From assembly GCA_963935005.1 (NCBI GenBank), contig CAWWAX010000001.1:52572-116571 (forward strand): 64,000 bases of DNA. Direction: 5' to 3'. A program made the translations under genes and the position numbers. The stretch's first letter is position 1. Each line of letters starts with the position of its first letter. Positions 49,019 through 58,207 of the stretch are shown piece by piece. This stretch comes from an uncultured bacterium. Its GTDB lineage: Bacteria; Gemmatimonadota; Gemmatimonadetes; Longimicrobiales; Gaopeijiaceae. The notes beneath the pieces are model-generated. The model did no database searches. It saw only the letters and a program-made list of their open reading frames with translations, and was not told the DNA's origin.

Positions 49019-50608
49019 ATGAACCCAGAAAAACTCAAAGATCGACTGGTTGCAAATATCTATTCTGCAGGTATACCTGCCAGTGCAAATGACATTGAAC
49101 GAGTCATTTCTCAGGAATGTCTGGAGCGAGTCGCTTCCCTACATAAACTGTCTAAAACCGTGGAGAATTCCACAAATCCCGACTACTTGGCAGACTGGGA
49201 TCTCCTTCAACCGTTAAACAAATCGACTGCGCATGAGAATGGAGCACATTTCGCATTACAAGAGACCTCCTCAGATGAACCTCTAACTATCAGCCAACTC
49301 AGCCGTCGAATAAAAGGCCGGCAGATCTCTCCCGTTGAGTTGACAAAACAAACCTTAAATCGAATCAGTGAGAAAGACCCTCAACTCAATGCATTCCAAA
49401 GTGTTCTCACAGACCAAGCATTACGGGCTGCTGAACAAGCAGAAACGGAAATAAGTGCTGGGCGGTACCGCGGTCCTTTGCATGGAATTCCTGTAGCCAT
49501 CAAAGATCTTATAGCCATGACAGGGACTATTAGGACATCTGGCTCAATACTAAACAACCAGATCAGCAACTTTAATGCGGGTGCCGTAGACCGCCTTCTC
49601 AAAGCGGGTGCCATCATCGTTGGCAAAACACGTCTTTCTGAATTTGCCTATTGGCCAGGTTCAAGTAATCCCCACTACGGTCCGACCAGTAATCCGCATA
49701 ATTTGGATTATGATGCTGGTGGGTCCAGCAGTGGATCGGGTGCGGCAGTGGCCGCTGGCATCGTCTGTGCGGCACTAGGGTCCGACACTGGTGGATCCAT
49801 CAGAATCCCAGCCACACTCTGTGGACTAGTGGGATTGAAAGCAACATTCGGACGAGTGAGTCTATCAGGCTGTACACCACTTGCTTGGTCACTTGACCAT
49901 CTCGGACCCCTAACAGCCAACGTGGAAGATTCGGCTCTCTTGTTGAGTGTACTAGCTGGCCATGATCCTCTGGATTCGAGAACTAGAAAAAATAGTGAAT
50001 TTACTGTACCTGCAGACTTGAACGCAGGAATTAATGGTCTACGGATCGGTATATTGAGAGAAGACGGGTTTTCACAACCCGTAAATGATGGTGAAATACT
50101 TGATTCTTGGAACACGACGCTGACTCTCTTGGAAAATGCTGGTGCTGACCTAGTAGAGATCGACCTTGAAGACATCTCTACACTCTGGCTGACCAGTAAC
50201 GCTATCCTAGCTGTTGAAGCAGCCACATTTCACACGCCTAATCTTATCGAACACTATCAGGACTATGGAAGCTTCTGTAAAGATCGTTTGCTCGCAGCTT
50301 TCGCGTTCAGTGGAGAGGATTTCTTACAAGCACAGAAAATACGTCGAGTCATTCGGAATAAATGGGACCAACTATTGCAAAACTTCGACTTAATCTTAAC
50401 CCATTCTCAACCAGACGGGACTCCTCTGATCGGGGAACCTTCCTCCACACGACTCATGAACTCTTTCAACATTTTAGGATGGCCAGCCATCAGTGTCCCT
50501 ATAGGTAAAAATCGGGAAGGCCTCCCACTTGGTATTCAGCTCGTTGCTAAGCCTTGGAAAGAAGGATTACTATTGCGAGCGGCCCAAACAATTGAGTCTT
50601 CCCAATGA
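49019..50608 (+). CDS. Amidase-signature family amidase (no signal peptide)
   Basis: It contains GIPVAIKDL, GGSSSGSGAAVAAG and GSDTGGSIRIPA. Confidence 0.88.
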   Translation: MNPEKLKDRLVANIYSAGIPASANDIERVISQECLERVASLHKLSKTVENSTNPDYLADWDLLQPLNKSTAHENGAHFALQETSSDEPLTISQLSRRIKGRQISPVELTKQTLNRISEKDPQLNAFQSVLTDQALRAAEQAETEISAGRYRGPLHGIPVAIKDLIAMTGTIRTSGSILNNQISNFNAGAVDRLLKAGAIIVGKTRLSEFAYWPGSSNPHYGPTSNPHNLDYDAGGSSSGSGAAVAAGIVCAALGSDTGGSIRIPATLCGLVGLKATFGRVSLSGCTPLAWSLDHLGPLTANVEDSALLLSVLAGHDPLDSRTRKNSEFTVPADLNAGINGLRIGILREDGFSQPVNDGEILDSWNTTLTLLENAGADLVEIDLEDISTLWLTSNAILAVEAATFHTPNLIEHYQDYGSFCKDRLLAAFAFSGEDFLQAQKIRRVIRNKWDQLLQNFDLILTHSQPDGTPLIGEPSSTRLMNSFNILGWPAISVPIGKNREGLPLGIQLVAKPWKEGLLLRAAQTIESSQ

Positions 50609-50671
50609 CTATCGTTACTATTTATAACCGTAGAAATCTACTTGAACCAATTGATTAATAGGAGACCATAC

Positions 50672-51802
50672 ATGCGACATTCTACCAAAGCATTCAGTTT
50701 GAAGTTCATCACAATCGGTATTCTAGTCGCTTGTCAGACACCTTTAATCGGGCAAGAATTTGCTCGCGATCAGGTAATTGACTACATGGAACAACTAAGA
50801 GTTGACCATGACCTTCCAGGAATATCGGTAGCTGTAGCCGTCGATGGGAAAATCGTTTTTTCCGAAGGCGTTGGTTACGCTGAATTGGACAATCGCACTC
50901 CGGCCACTGGACGCACGGTTCACAACATCGGCTCCGTCTCTAAAGTCTTCGCGGTCGTCGGACTCATGCAACTGGTAGAAGCGGGATCGATCGATCTCGA
51001 TGCTACCCTCCAACAATATATGTCCTATTATCCAGAACAGCCTTCTCCGATAACTATTCGTCATATTCTAACCCATACCTCTGGAATTCGACATTACAGA
51101 AGTGGTGAATTCGGACCCTACGGACTATTAAGATTTCGACATTATGACAGCTTTGAAGAAGCCACTCGTTTATGGCGTGACGACCCTTTGGTTTATGACC
51201 CAGGCACCGCATGGATGTATTCATCCCACGCTCACAATTTACAGCATGGTATTGTCGAATCTGTGACCAATGAGAAGTATGAAGAATATCTCAAATACAA
51301 CGTTTTTGAACCTGCAGGAATGATGGCAACCCAGTTCGATGTCCCAGCCCGAGTAGTGAATAACAGAGGGAAAGGCTATGTCCGTGACGAAAATGGACAA
51401 TTCATTAATGCTCCAAACGAAGATCCAAGCTATAAGTACGCTGGTGGAGGAATACTATCCAATGTCGAGGATATGGTTCGCTTAGCTCTAGCAATTAACA
51501 ACGGAATTTTGCTAGAGCCCTCCACGGTGTCAGAAATGCACAGACCACAAATTGACCCTTCTATCAAAGAATACGGATCTGACACACCTCTGGGTCACGA
51601 ACAGGGCTTGGCATGGTTCATTCGTACAGACCAGGCTGGTCGCCGCTATCCAAACCACACTGGAACAGTGAAAGGGACCCGTTCTTTTATTGCTAATTTT
51701 GCCAAGCAAGGAGTGGTAGTCGCATTACAAGTCAACAGTCTACCTTTCGATTCTGCTCGATACGGTGAAGCAATCGCGCAAATGTTCTTGGGAAACAGAT
51801 AG
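50672..51802 (+). CDS. Serine hydrolase, beta-lactamase/PBP family, exported
   Basis: It has the SxxK motif GSVSKVF, and the RBS AGGAG lies 7 nt before the ATG at 50672. It has a signal peptide. The track ORF starts at 50642. Confidence 0.82.
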   Translation: MRHSTKAFSLKFITIGILVACQTPLIGQEFARDQVIDYMEQLRVDHDLPGISVAVAVDGKIVFSEGVGYAELDNRTPATGRTVHNIGSVSKVFAVVGLMQLVEAGSIDLDATLQQYMSYYPEQPSPITIRHILTHTSGIRHYRSGEFGPYGLLRFRHYDSFEEATRLWRDDPLVYDPGTAWMYSSHAHNLQHGIVESVTNEKYEEYLKYNVFEPAGMMATQFDVPARVVNNRGKGYVRDENGQFINAPNEDPSYKYAGGGILSNVEDMVRLALAINNGILLEPSTVSEMHRPQIDPSIKEYGSDTPLGHEQGLAWFIRTDQAGRRYPNHTGTVKGTRSFIANFAKQGVVVALQVNSLPFDSARYGEAIAQMFLGNR

Positions 51803-51838
51803 ATCAAGTAAGCTTTGTTTGCGCAACAGAGAGAGGAA

Positions 51839-52630
51839 TCAATCTATCCTCTCTGGCTCCATAACACGCTCCACCACTTCATCTCCGACCCGACTCACAT
51901 AATAGACTTTGGCATCAGCTCGAGTAGATACCACTCGTCTTACCTCATTATCTTCAAAGTAAATTCCCGCATCATTGTCACAAGCATACCCAGGCATCAA
52001 TTCGCCCGACTTGATGAGCCTCTCATAAAGAGGCCTGCGAGCCGCTTCGGCATCGTAATGAGGCGAATGACTTCCTTTGAGAAAACCCAGACATTCAATT
52101 TTTGTGACTTCTTTAGGCCTGGAATCAGTTGTTCCTTCTTCGAACCAACACAAAGAACCAGCACTAGCTCCTCCTAAGACAATTCCTCTGTCCCAAGCCT
52201 CTTTTAAAATCACATCGATCCCCTGAACCTTCCAAATCGCCTGTTGGTTGAGAGTGTTTCCTCCAGAAACCACTATCCCATCCATCGAGAGTAGGACATC
52301 TTCAAAACTTTGATCCATTCTATAACTACTTATAAAACTCTCTTGGACGAACGGGACAACGTTCAGATTAGCACAATTCTGAAACCAGCTGATGATTCCT
52401 GATGGACGGTCGGCAGACGCTGTAGGTAAGTAGCAAAGTCGTGGCCTTTCCTTGCCAGTAAGTTCAGCCATGTAACGAATAAAAGCTTCCCTGAAGCCAC
52501 CACCAGCGATAAGGATTTTCCTTCCTGCAGCTGCAGTCATCACCGGGTTGGCATCCCGAGAAACCAAATCTTCTGAGTTTAACGCGATAGAACTCAAAGC
52601 CGAAGAAACAATAAATTTCCTTCTCTTCAT
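51839..52630 (-). CDS. S51 peptidase (dipeptidase E / cyanophycinase-like), Tat-like signal
   Basis: It has the nucleophile context GGASAGS and the motif GGNT. The N-terminus is MKRRKFIVSSALSSIAL. The RBS is AGGAAGG. Confidence 0.75.
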   Translation of the reverse strand: MKRRKFIVSSALSSIALNSEDLVSRDANPVMTAAAGRKILIAGGGFREAFIRYMAELTGKERPRLCYLPTASADRPSGIISWFQNCANLNVVPFVQESFISSYRMDQSFEDVLLSMDGIVVSGGNTLNQQAIWKVQGIDVILKEAWDRGIVLGGASAGSLCWFEEGTTDSRPKEVTKIECLGFLKGSHSPHYDAEAARRPLYERLIKSGELMPGYACDNDAGIYFEDNEVRRVVSTRADAKVYYVSRVGDEVVERVMEPERID

Positions 52631-52730
52631 GATAACCTTCCTTGATCTGAAGCCCGCCCTGCCACGAGAAAACCGCCTGCGATAATCCTACCTCATCTAA
52701 AGAGATTAAGAAACGACAACAGTAACAACC

Positions 52731-53516
52731 CTAGCCGTATCTGCCTTCTATATAGTCTGCCGTCCGCTGATGAATCGGATTCAGAAACAAATCTTCAGTA
52801 TTTTGTTTCTCTACCAAGTCCCCAAGTAACATGAAAGCAGATTCCGTACTCGCACGCCTAGCCTGAGCCATATTATGGGTGACTATCAGAATCGTATACT
52901 CTCCAGCTAAGGTCCAAATCATCTCCTCTAGAGCTTCTGTAGCCTTTGGATCCAATGCAGAAGTAGGCTCGTCCATTAGGATGACGGACGGCTTGAGTGG
53001 AATGAGGCGAGCTATGCAAAGTTTCTGCTGGGCCTCAAGAGAAAGTCCAATAGCTTGTCCATCTAACCGATCTTTCACATCATCCCACAATAGCACCGTT
53101 CTAAGTGAATCCTCTAGGATCTTCTCCTCTTCCCCCTTAGAGAGGTTCTTGCTTGACCCATGAATCCTATGGGCGAATAGGACATTGTCTCGAATAGACA
53201 GAGGTAGAGGATTGGGGCGCTGGAATACCATGCCCACCCGTTTCCTTAACTGTGACAAATCTACACTTTCATCTAAAACGTCATGGTCTAGGATACGGAT
53301 AGACCCTGAAATTCGCGTATAAGACCCTAATCGTTCGTTGATTCGGTTGATCGACCTGAGCAAGGTTGACTTTCCACATCCTGACGGACCTATAAGAGAA
53401 GTTACGGAGCCCTTCTTTACTTCCAAATCGACGTCAAAAAGAGCCTGGAAGTCCCCATACCAAAAACTTAATTTCTCCACTTGAATAGCAAATTCTGTAC
53501 TCTCCAGACTATCCAA
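52731..53516 (-). CDS. pstB: Phosphate ABC transporter ATPase, copy 2 (canonical Walker A/Q/B/H loops, degenerate signature LSLEA)
   Basis: It contains GPSGCGKST, VGMVFQRPNP, ILMDEPTSALDP and IVTHNM, and ends with the PstB-typical C-terminus DYIEGRYG. The signature motif reads LSLEAQQK instead of LSGGQQQR. Confidence 0.9.
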   Translation of the reverse strand: MDSLESTEFAIQVEKLSFWYGDFQALFDVDLEVKKGSVTSLIGPSGCGKSTLLRSINRINERLGSYTRISGSIRILDHDVLDESVDLSQLRKRVGMVFQRPNPLPLSIRDNVLFAHRIHGSSKNLSKGEEEKILEDSLRTVLLWDDVKDRLDGQAIGLSLEAQQKLCIARLIPLKPSVILMDEPTSALDPKATEALEEMIWTLAGEYTILIVTHNMAQARRASTESAFMLLGDLVEKQNTEDLFLNPIHQRTADYIEGRYG

Positions 53517-54273
53517 AACGACCCTCCACGTAATCCCGTGTACGCTGGTCTTCTACTGTGCCAGTGAAGAAGTTTTCCGTTTCACCTACTTCTACCAGTT
53601 CTCCTCCAAGAAAAAAAGCTGTTCTGTCAGCCAATCGCCTTACTTGCTGAACCAAGTTGGTCACCAAAACCACAGTCATCTCATCCTTCAATTCCTTTAA
53701 GACATCTTCAATTCGCATAGTCGTAACCGGATCCACAGCTATAGAAAATTCATCCAACAGAAGAAGCTCTGGGTCTTGAGAAAGTGCTCTAGCGATGGTG
53801 AGCCTCTGCTGTTGTCCACCCGAGAGCAAGCTACCCAGCTGGTATAACCGATCCTTAACTTCATCCCAGAGAGCGGCGCGTATCAAGCATCGCTCCACAA
53901 TGCCATCTAGCTGGTTCTTGTCTTTGACTCCGGAGAGCCGGGGAGAAAGCGCCACGTTCTCATAAACACTCAGTGGCAGTCCCACCGGCAGAGGAAAAAC
54001 AACTCCAATCCTCTTTCTAAGGGCATAAACATTTTGCGCCTGACTAACTTCCAGTCCGCCAAAGCGTATCGATCCTTGAACATCCATAGAATCCTTGAAC
54101 TCATCCATCCTATTTATAGCGTTGAGAAAACTCGTCTTCCCACTCCCCGCTGGGCCAATTATCCCAAATATCTCATTCTTCCGAATCTCTAGGTTATCGA
54201 TCCGAAGAGCGATGTCATCCTCATACCGGATGGTTAAATCACGAACCAAAAGCTCTATCGATGGATCTACCAT
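53509..54273 (-). CDS. pstB: Phosphate ABC transporter ATPase, copy 1 (canonical signature LSGGQ, degenerate Q-loop and H-loop)
   Basis: It contains GPAGSGKTS, LSGGQQQRLTIARAL and LLLLDEFSIAVDP, and ends DYVEGRFG. The Q-loop reads VVFPLP (Q to P) and the H-loop reads LVTNLV (H to N). Confidence 0.88.
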   Translation of the reverse strand: MVDPSIELLVRDLTIRYEDDIALRIDNLEIRKNEIFGIIGPAGSGKTSFLNAINRMDEFKDSMDVQGSIRFGGLEVSQAQNVYALRKRIGVVFPLPVGLPLSVYENVALSPRLSGVKDKNQLDGIVERCLIRAALWDEVKDRLYQLGSLLSGGQQQRLTIARALSQDPELLLLDEFSIAVDPVTTMRIEDVLKELKDEMTVVLVTNLVQQVRRLADRTAFFLGGELVEVGETENFFTGTVEDQRTRDYVEGRFG

Positions 54274-55136
54274 TTCTTCTGCCCTCTGACATACGATCGA
54301 AGGACTATGGAGGATGTATTCATGATCAAGACCATCGATACTAAGACCAAGGCTACACTATAAGGAAGCGTTTCTGGGACACCAGGAACCTGAGTAGAGA
54401 CGACGAAAAGATGTAGCGACATTGCCATGGTTTGGTCCAAAATACCCTGTGGAAGAAAAGGGAGGAAAAATGCTGCTCCCGTAAACATGATAGGTGCTGT
54501 TTCACCCGCAGTCCTGGAAACTTCAAGGATCACTCCAGTCAAAATCCCACTTATTGCATTGGGTAATACTACCTTCCGAATCGTCTGCCATCGGGTAGCA
54601 CCCATTCCCCAGCAAGCCATTCTAAATTCTGGAGGGACTGCCTGTAGCGACTCGCGAGTCGCTACAATGACCACAGGTAAGGTCATAATCCCTAAAGTGA
54701 GACTAGCAGCCAGGATACTAGTTCCGAATCCAGCAAAAATCACAAACGCCCCAAGTCCAAATAAAGCATGCACAATTGAAGGGACCCCTGCGAGATTGAT
54801 AATGGCCAAATTGATCAGTCGGGTTAACCAAGTGTCCGAAGCATATTCAGACAGATAGATTGCAGTTGCCACACCTAATGGTATCGAGAAGATCAGTGCG
54901 ACCACCACCAGCCAAATCGTACCCAAAAGGGCAGGGAATATTCCACCTGCAGTCATCCCATTGGTTGGTGCACTAAAAAGAAATTCAAACGAAATATTCG
55001 GGCCGCCTTTATAGATTAAGACAGTCAGGATAGTTAACACGGGCAAAGCTAACAGACAGGTTACCAATCCAAACAGAATAGATACCAACTTCTGCACACT
55101 GTGATTATGCCGATTTAGCTCGGTGGCCTCAAACAC
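54267..55136 (-). CDS. pstA: Phosphate ABC transporter permease PstA
   Basis: It has six TM segments and the EAA-loop-like ACWGMGATRWQTIRKVVLP. Its position follows pstC. Confidence 0.88.
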   Translation of the reverse strand: MFEATELNRHNHSVQKLVSILFGLVTCLLALPVLTILTVLIYKGGPNISFEFLFSAPTNGMTAGGIFPALLGTIWLVVVALIFSIPLGVATAIYLSEYASDTWLTRLINLAIINLAGVPSIVHALFGLGAFVIFAGFGTSILAASLTLGIMTLPVVIVATRESLQAVPPEFRMACWGMGATRWQTIRKVVLPNAISGILTGVILEVSRTAGETAPIMFTGAAFFLPFLPQGILDQTMAMSLHLFVVSTQVPGVPETLPYSVALVLVSMVLIMNTSSIVLRSYVRGQKKW

Positions 55137-56078
55137 TTAATTTCCCCTATTGCCTTTAACAACAATATCCGCGATCAGGTTGATTATGAAAGTGACAAGA
55201 AAAAGAAGTATTCCGAGTGTAAACAAAGCTCTGTAGTGCTCAGAACCAACAGCAGTTTCACCTAACTCTGCAGCGATTGTCGCTGTTAGAGCTCTCACCG
55301 AATCAAATGGACTAGTTGGCAGATTGATCGAATGACCGCTAGTCATCAGGACTGCCATAGTTTCTCCAAATCCTCTACCCACTCCCAATAAAATCGCCGC
55401 AACAAGCCCATTTTTTGCTGCTGGCAAAACCACTTGGAACGTTACCTGCCATTTTGTAGCACCCAGTGCCTCTGCCGCTTCTCTATAATGATCGGGCACA
55501 GCCTTGAGTGCATCCTCGGCAATAGTCGTCATAATTGGAGCAGCCATCAAAGCCAGAATGATTCCCGAATTGAGGATTCCCAAGCCCACTGGCACATCAA
55601 ATAGGTCTATGATCAAGGGATTCATCATCGAAAGTCCTATGAATCCCCAAACCACTGAAGGTATAGCAGCAAGGAGCTCAATTAGAACTTTTAGAACTTC
55701 TCGTACTCGACCAGATGCAAATTCGGAAATAAAAATCGCAGCACACAGTGAGAGGGGTACTGCCAGAAGCATCGCAAAACCTGTGACGCTAGCTGTTCCA
55801 ACTACCAAAGCCAATATCCCATAAGTAGGGTTCGATAGAGAAGTGGGTCTCCATGTTGGGGATAGAAGGAAATCCTTAAAGCTGAAAGATTCAAACAAAA
55901 AACTGAACCCTTCTTTAGTGATAAAAAAGAAAATACTGATGATTAAAAAAATGGCAGACACGCCTGCTATGAACATCAGCAACTCGAAGAACTTATCCCA
56001 ATACCAAGCACTGTCTCTCACATCCAGGTCTTGGCCCATTGACACTTTTTTGTCACTGTTCATTAAACTATTTAGCAT
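55137..56078 (-). CDS. pstC: Phosphate ABC transporter permease PstC
   Basis: It has TM segments and the EAA loop EAAEALGATKWQVTFQVVLPAA. Confidence 0.88.
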   Translation of the reverse strand: MLNSLMNSDKKVSMGQDLDVRDSAWYWDKFFELLMFIAGVSAIFLIISIFFFITKEGFSFLFESFSFKDFLLSPTWRPTSLSNPTYGILALVVGTASVTGFAMLLAVPLSLCAAIFISEFASGRVREVLKVLIELLAAIPSVVWGFIGLSMMNPLIIDLFDVPVGLGILNSGIILALMAAPIMTTIAEDALKAVPDHYREAAEALGATKWQVTFQVVLPAAKNGLVAAILLGVGRGFGETMAVLMTSGHSINLPTSPFDSVRALTATIAAELGETAVGSEHYRALFTLGILLFLVTFIINLIADIVVKGNRGN

Positions 56079-57150
56079 CCGTTCCGGCTAAAATTGTCAG
56101 TAACTTCTGGACGGAACCAGCAACATCCTGGTAAAAGCTCTCCATATCAGAAGCATCGGATCGCTTCCAGTGCAGAACTGTCGTCCTAAAAGGGACATCT
56201 CCTAGAAAATCGTCAGCCACACCCTCGTCTCCCGAAAAAACGACCACAACATGGAAATGGTTAGACAGTTCCGAAATAGGAATCAATTTTTTCGAACGTG
56301 CATGTCTAAGATCAAGGCCTTTGCCATCCATGAAATGGACTAGGTCTTCTTCTAGGTACTTGTCCTCTTCCACGTTCCATCCTGCACTCTCATAAACACC
56401 ACTCTCTGGAAACGCCTTGGCAGCATATTTTTCGGCTACATGAGCCTCGAAATTATGCTTTTCGTCTAAGAAAAGGATGCGGAAAACTCGCGGCTTGCGT
56501 TGTTCTCCTGAAAACGCAAAAACCGTTTGTTCAGAAAGATTTTCCGCTTGTTCTTCCATCCTCCTGAAAAGCATCAGCACCCTACTAAGACTGAGAACGT
56601 CTACCACACTAGTGTCGGCTGTCGATCCCAATTCCATCACCTCATTGAACACGAGACTTAGGGCATGGTCAGACCTTTCGGCGTGCCAATATGTCTCCCT
56701 GGCACTCTCTACGTCTCCCTGCCGAAAGGCTTGGATCGCTTTTTCTAAGGTGTACCGAGCCTGTTGCGCGATCATTTCAATTTGCTTGATAATTCTATCT
56801 GGAGGCACTGCCTCTATCCTCACAATCTGCCTCCCGATGGAACCCGCATAGTCACCGATCCTTTCCAGGGCAACCGAAAGGCGCAAAACGGCAGAGGCAT
56901 ATCGCAGGTGTTTACCACTCGGAGCATGTCTAACTACGAACGCATGCACCAATTCGTCAATTATTTCTATTTTCCGGTTTACACGACGATCGCCTAAAAC
57001 AACTTCATTAGCCCCTTCGAAGTCCCTATGAACAAACGAGTGTAAGACTTTCCCGATCTGTTCCAAAATTTCATCCGAAACCTGATCAATATGAGTCCCG
57101 ATCTCTTTTAGATCTGACTCTATACGTTCAGCATAATGTTGATGTTCCAT
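56068..57150 (-). CDS. phoU: PhoU-domain protein fused to a C-terminal ArsC/LMW-PTP-like domain lacking the CX5R P-loop
   Basis: The N-terminal ~220 aa carry the PhoU repeats (LERIGDYAGSI; the second repeat is degenerate, RRMEEQAENLSE). The C-terminal ~140 aa aligns by eye with ArsC/LMW-PTP: ILFLDEKHNFEAHVAE versus IxFxCxGNxCRSxxAE; VYESAG versus VYSAG; GLDLRHARSKKL; HVVVVF; LHWKRSD. Confidence 0.8.
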   Translation of the reverse strand: MEHQHYAERIESDLKEIGTHIDQVSDEILEQIGKVLHSFVHRDFEGANEVVLGDRRVNRKIEIIDELVHAFVVRHAPSGKHLRYASAVLRLSVALERIGDYAGSIGRQIVRIEAVPPDRIIKQIEMIAQQARYTLEKAIQAFRQGDVESARETYWHAERSDHALSLVFNEVMELGSTADTSVVDVLSLSRVLMLFRRMEEQAENLSEQTVFAFSGEQRKPRVFRILFLDEKHNFEAHVAEKYAAKAFPESGVYESAGWNVEEDKYLEEDLVHFMDGKGLDLRHARSKKLIPISELSNHFHVVVVFSGDEGVADDFLGDVPFRTTVLHWKRSDASDMESFYQDVAGSVQKLLTILAGTDAK

Positions 57151-57164
57151 CTCTCACAGCTCTC

Positions 57165-58028
57165 CTAAACGCAGACTACCGATGTCACCGGCGCATACCC
57201 TTTTCCTAGCAGAATACACTGGCCTTCTTCACCAAGAAGCCATTCCATATAAGCCCCCACTACCCCTTCAGCTTGACCAGCAGTGTACATGAACAGTGGT
57301 CTGGCAATCGGATACGTTCCGTCAATCGCTGTTCCAATGGACGGAGAAACGCACTCGGTCGATCCATCTGAAGTCACACAAGGCATGAATATTTCTTCAG
57401 TAGCATAGGCTAGTCCACTATAGCCGATGCCACAAGGAGTGTTGCCGACAAGATCCACGACTTCCGACGATCCATTCATATCCCTAGATCCCAGCCGAAA
57501 ATCTCTTTGTTCTCCCAGCACTGCTTCCTGAAAATATGCATACGTACCAGAATTATTCTGCCGACTTACTCGAACAATTTCCCCACTCGAGCAACCAGGA
57601 ACCTCGATACCCAACTGGCTCCAATTATCGAAATTTCCACCGTCCCCATAAATGTCACCCAGTTGGGCAAATGAAATCGACTTTATAGGATTGTTCGGAT
57701 GAAGAAAAATAGCCACTGCATCGAAGCCAACTGTGTGTTCTACCGGATCTACTCCATTGGAACGAGCTGCTTCAAGTTCTTCTTCCCTCATCCTCCGACT
57801 AGAATTAGCAATATCGACCGTCCCGTTTATCATTGCTGAAATTCCCGTCCCCGAGCCACCTCCTGTTACTGCAATCGCAACACTAGGATCCACCGATCCA
57901 TATTCCTCGGCCCATGCCTGCGCAACATTTACTAGCGTATCAGACCCTTTATTCTCAATTAAAATTCTGTCCGAGTTTCCCCCACACGCCAATACAAATA
58001 CCAGTGTAAATAAAGACCTTTTCATCAT
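57165..58028 (-). CDS. pstS: Phosphate-binding lipoprotein PstS (PBP-like_2 family)
   Basis: It has the lipobox VFVLAC, then GSDTLVNVAQAWAEEY and TGGGSGTG. It is the first gene of the pst operon. The start is ATG 58028; the track ORF extends to 58088. Confidence 0.88.
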   Translation of the reverse strand: MMKRSLFTLVFVLACGGNSDRILIENKGSDTLVNVAQAWAEEYGSVDPSVAIAVTGGGSGTGISAMINGTVDIANSSRRMREEELEAARSNGVDPVEHTVGFDAVAIFLHPNNPIKSISFAQLGDIYGDGGNFDNWSQLGIEVPGCSSGEIVRVSRQNNSGTYAYFQEAVLGEQRDFRLGSRDMNGSSEVVDLVGNTPCGIGYSGLAYATEEIFMPCVTSDGSTECVSPSIGTAIDGTYPIARPLFMYTAGQAEGVVGAYMEWLLGEEGQCILLGKGYAPVTSVVCV

Positions 58029-58066
58029 CTTTCTTTCTCTTGCATCTAAGAATAAACATGAGTCAC

Positions 58067-58083
58067 TACTTTGTGAAAAAAAG
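58067..58083 (-). promoter_or_regulatory. 17-nt motif CTTTTTTTCACAAAGTA (read on minus strand) upstream of pstS
   Basis: It is a perfect reverse-complement copy of 58135-58151 and lies 39 nt upstream of the pstS ATG. Confidence 0.5.
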
Positions 58084-58134
58084 TACAATCCTTATGCAAA
58101 AAAAGCAACATCAGATGTCACTCGATCTCTTGTG

Positions 58135-58151
58135 CTTTTTTTCACAAAGTA
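58135..58151 (+). promoter_or_regulatory. 17-nt motif CTTTTTTTCACAAAGTA upstream of the divergent porin gene
   Basis: It lies 57 nt upstream of the porin ATG at 58208. A TATACT -10-like hexamer sits at 58169-58174. Confidence 0.5.
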
Positions 58152-58207
58152 TATCTTTGGCTTCTGGGTATACTTTTCCTATACCAAACATTAACTTTTA
58201 GATCATT

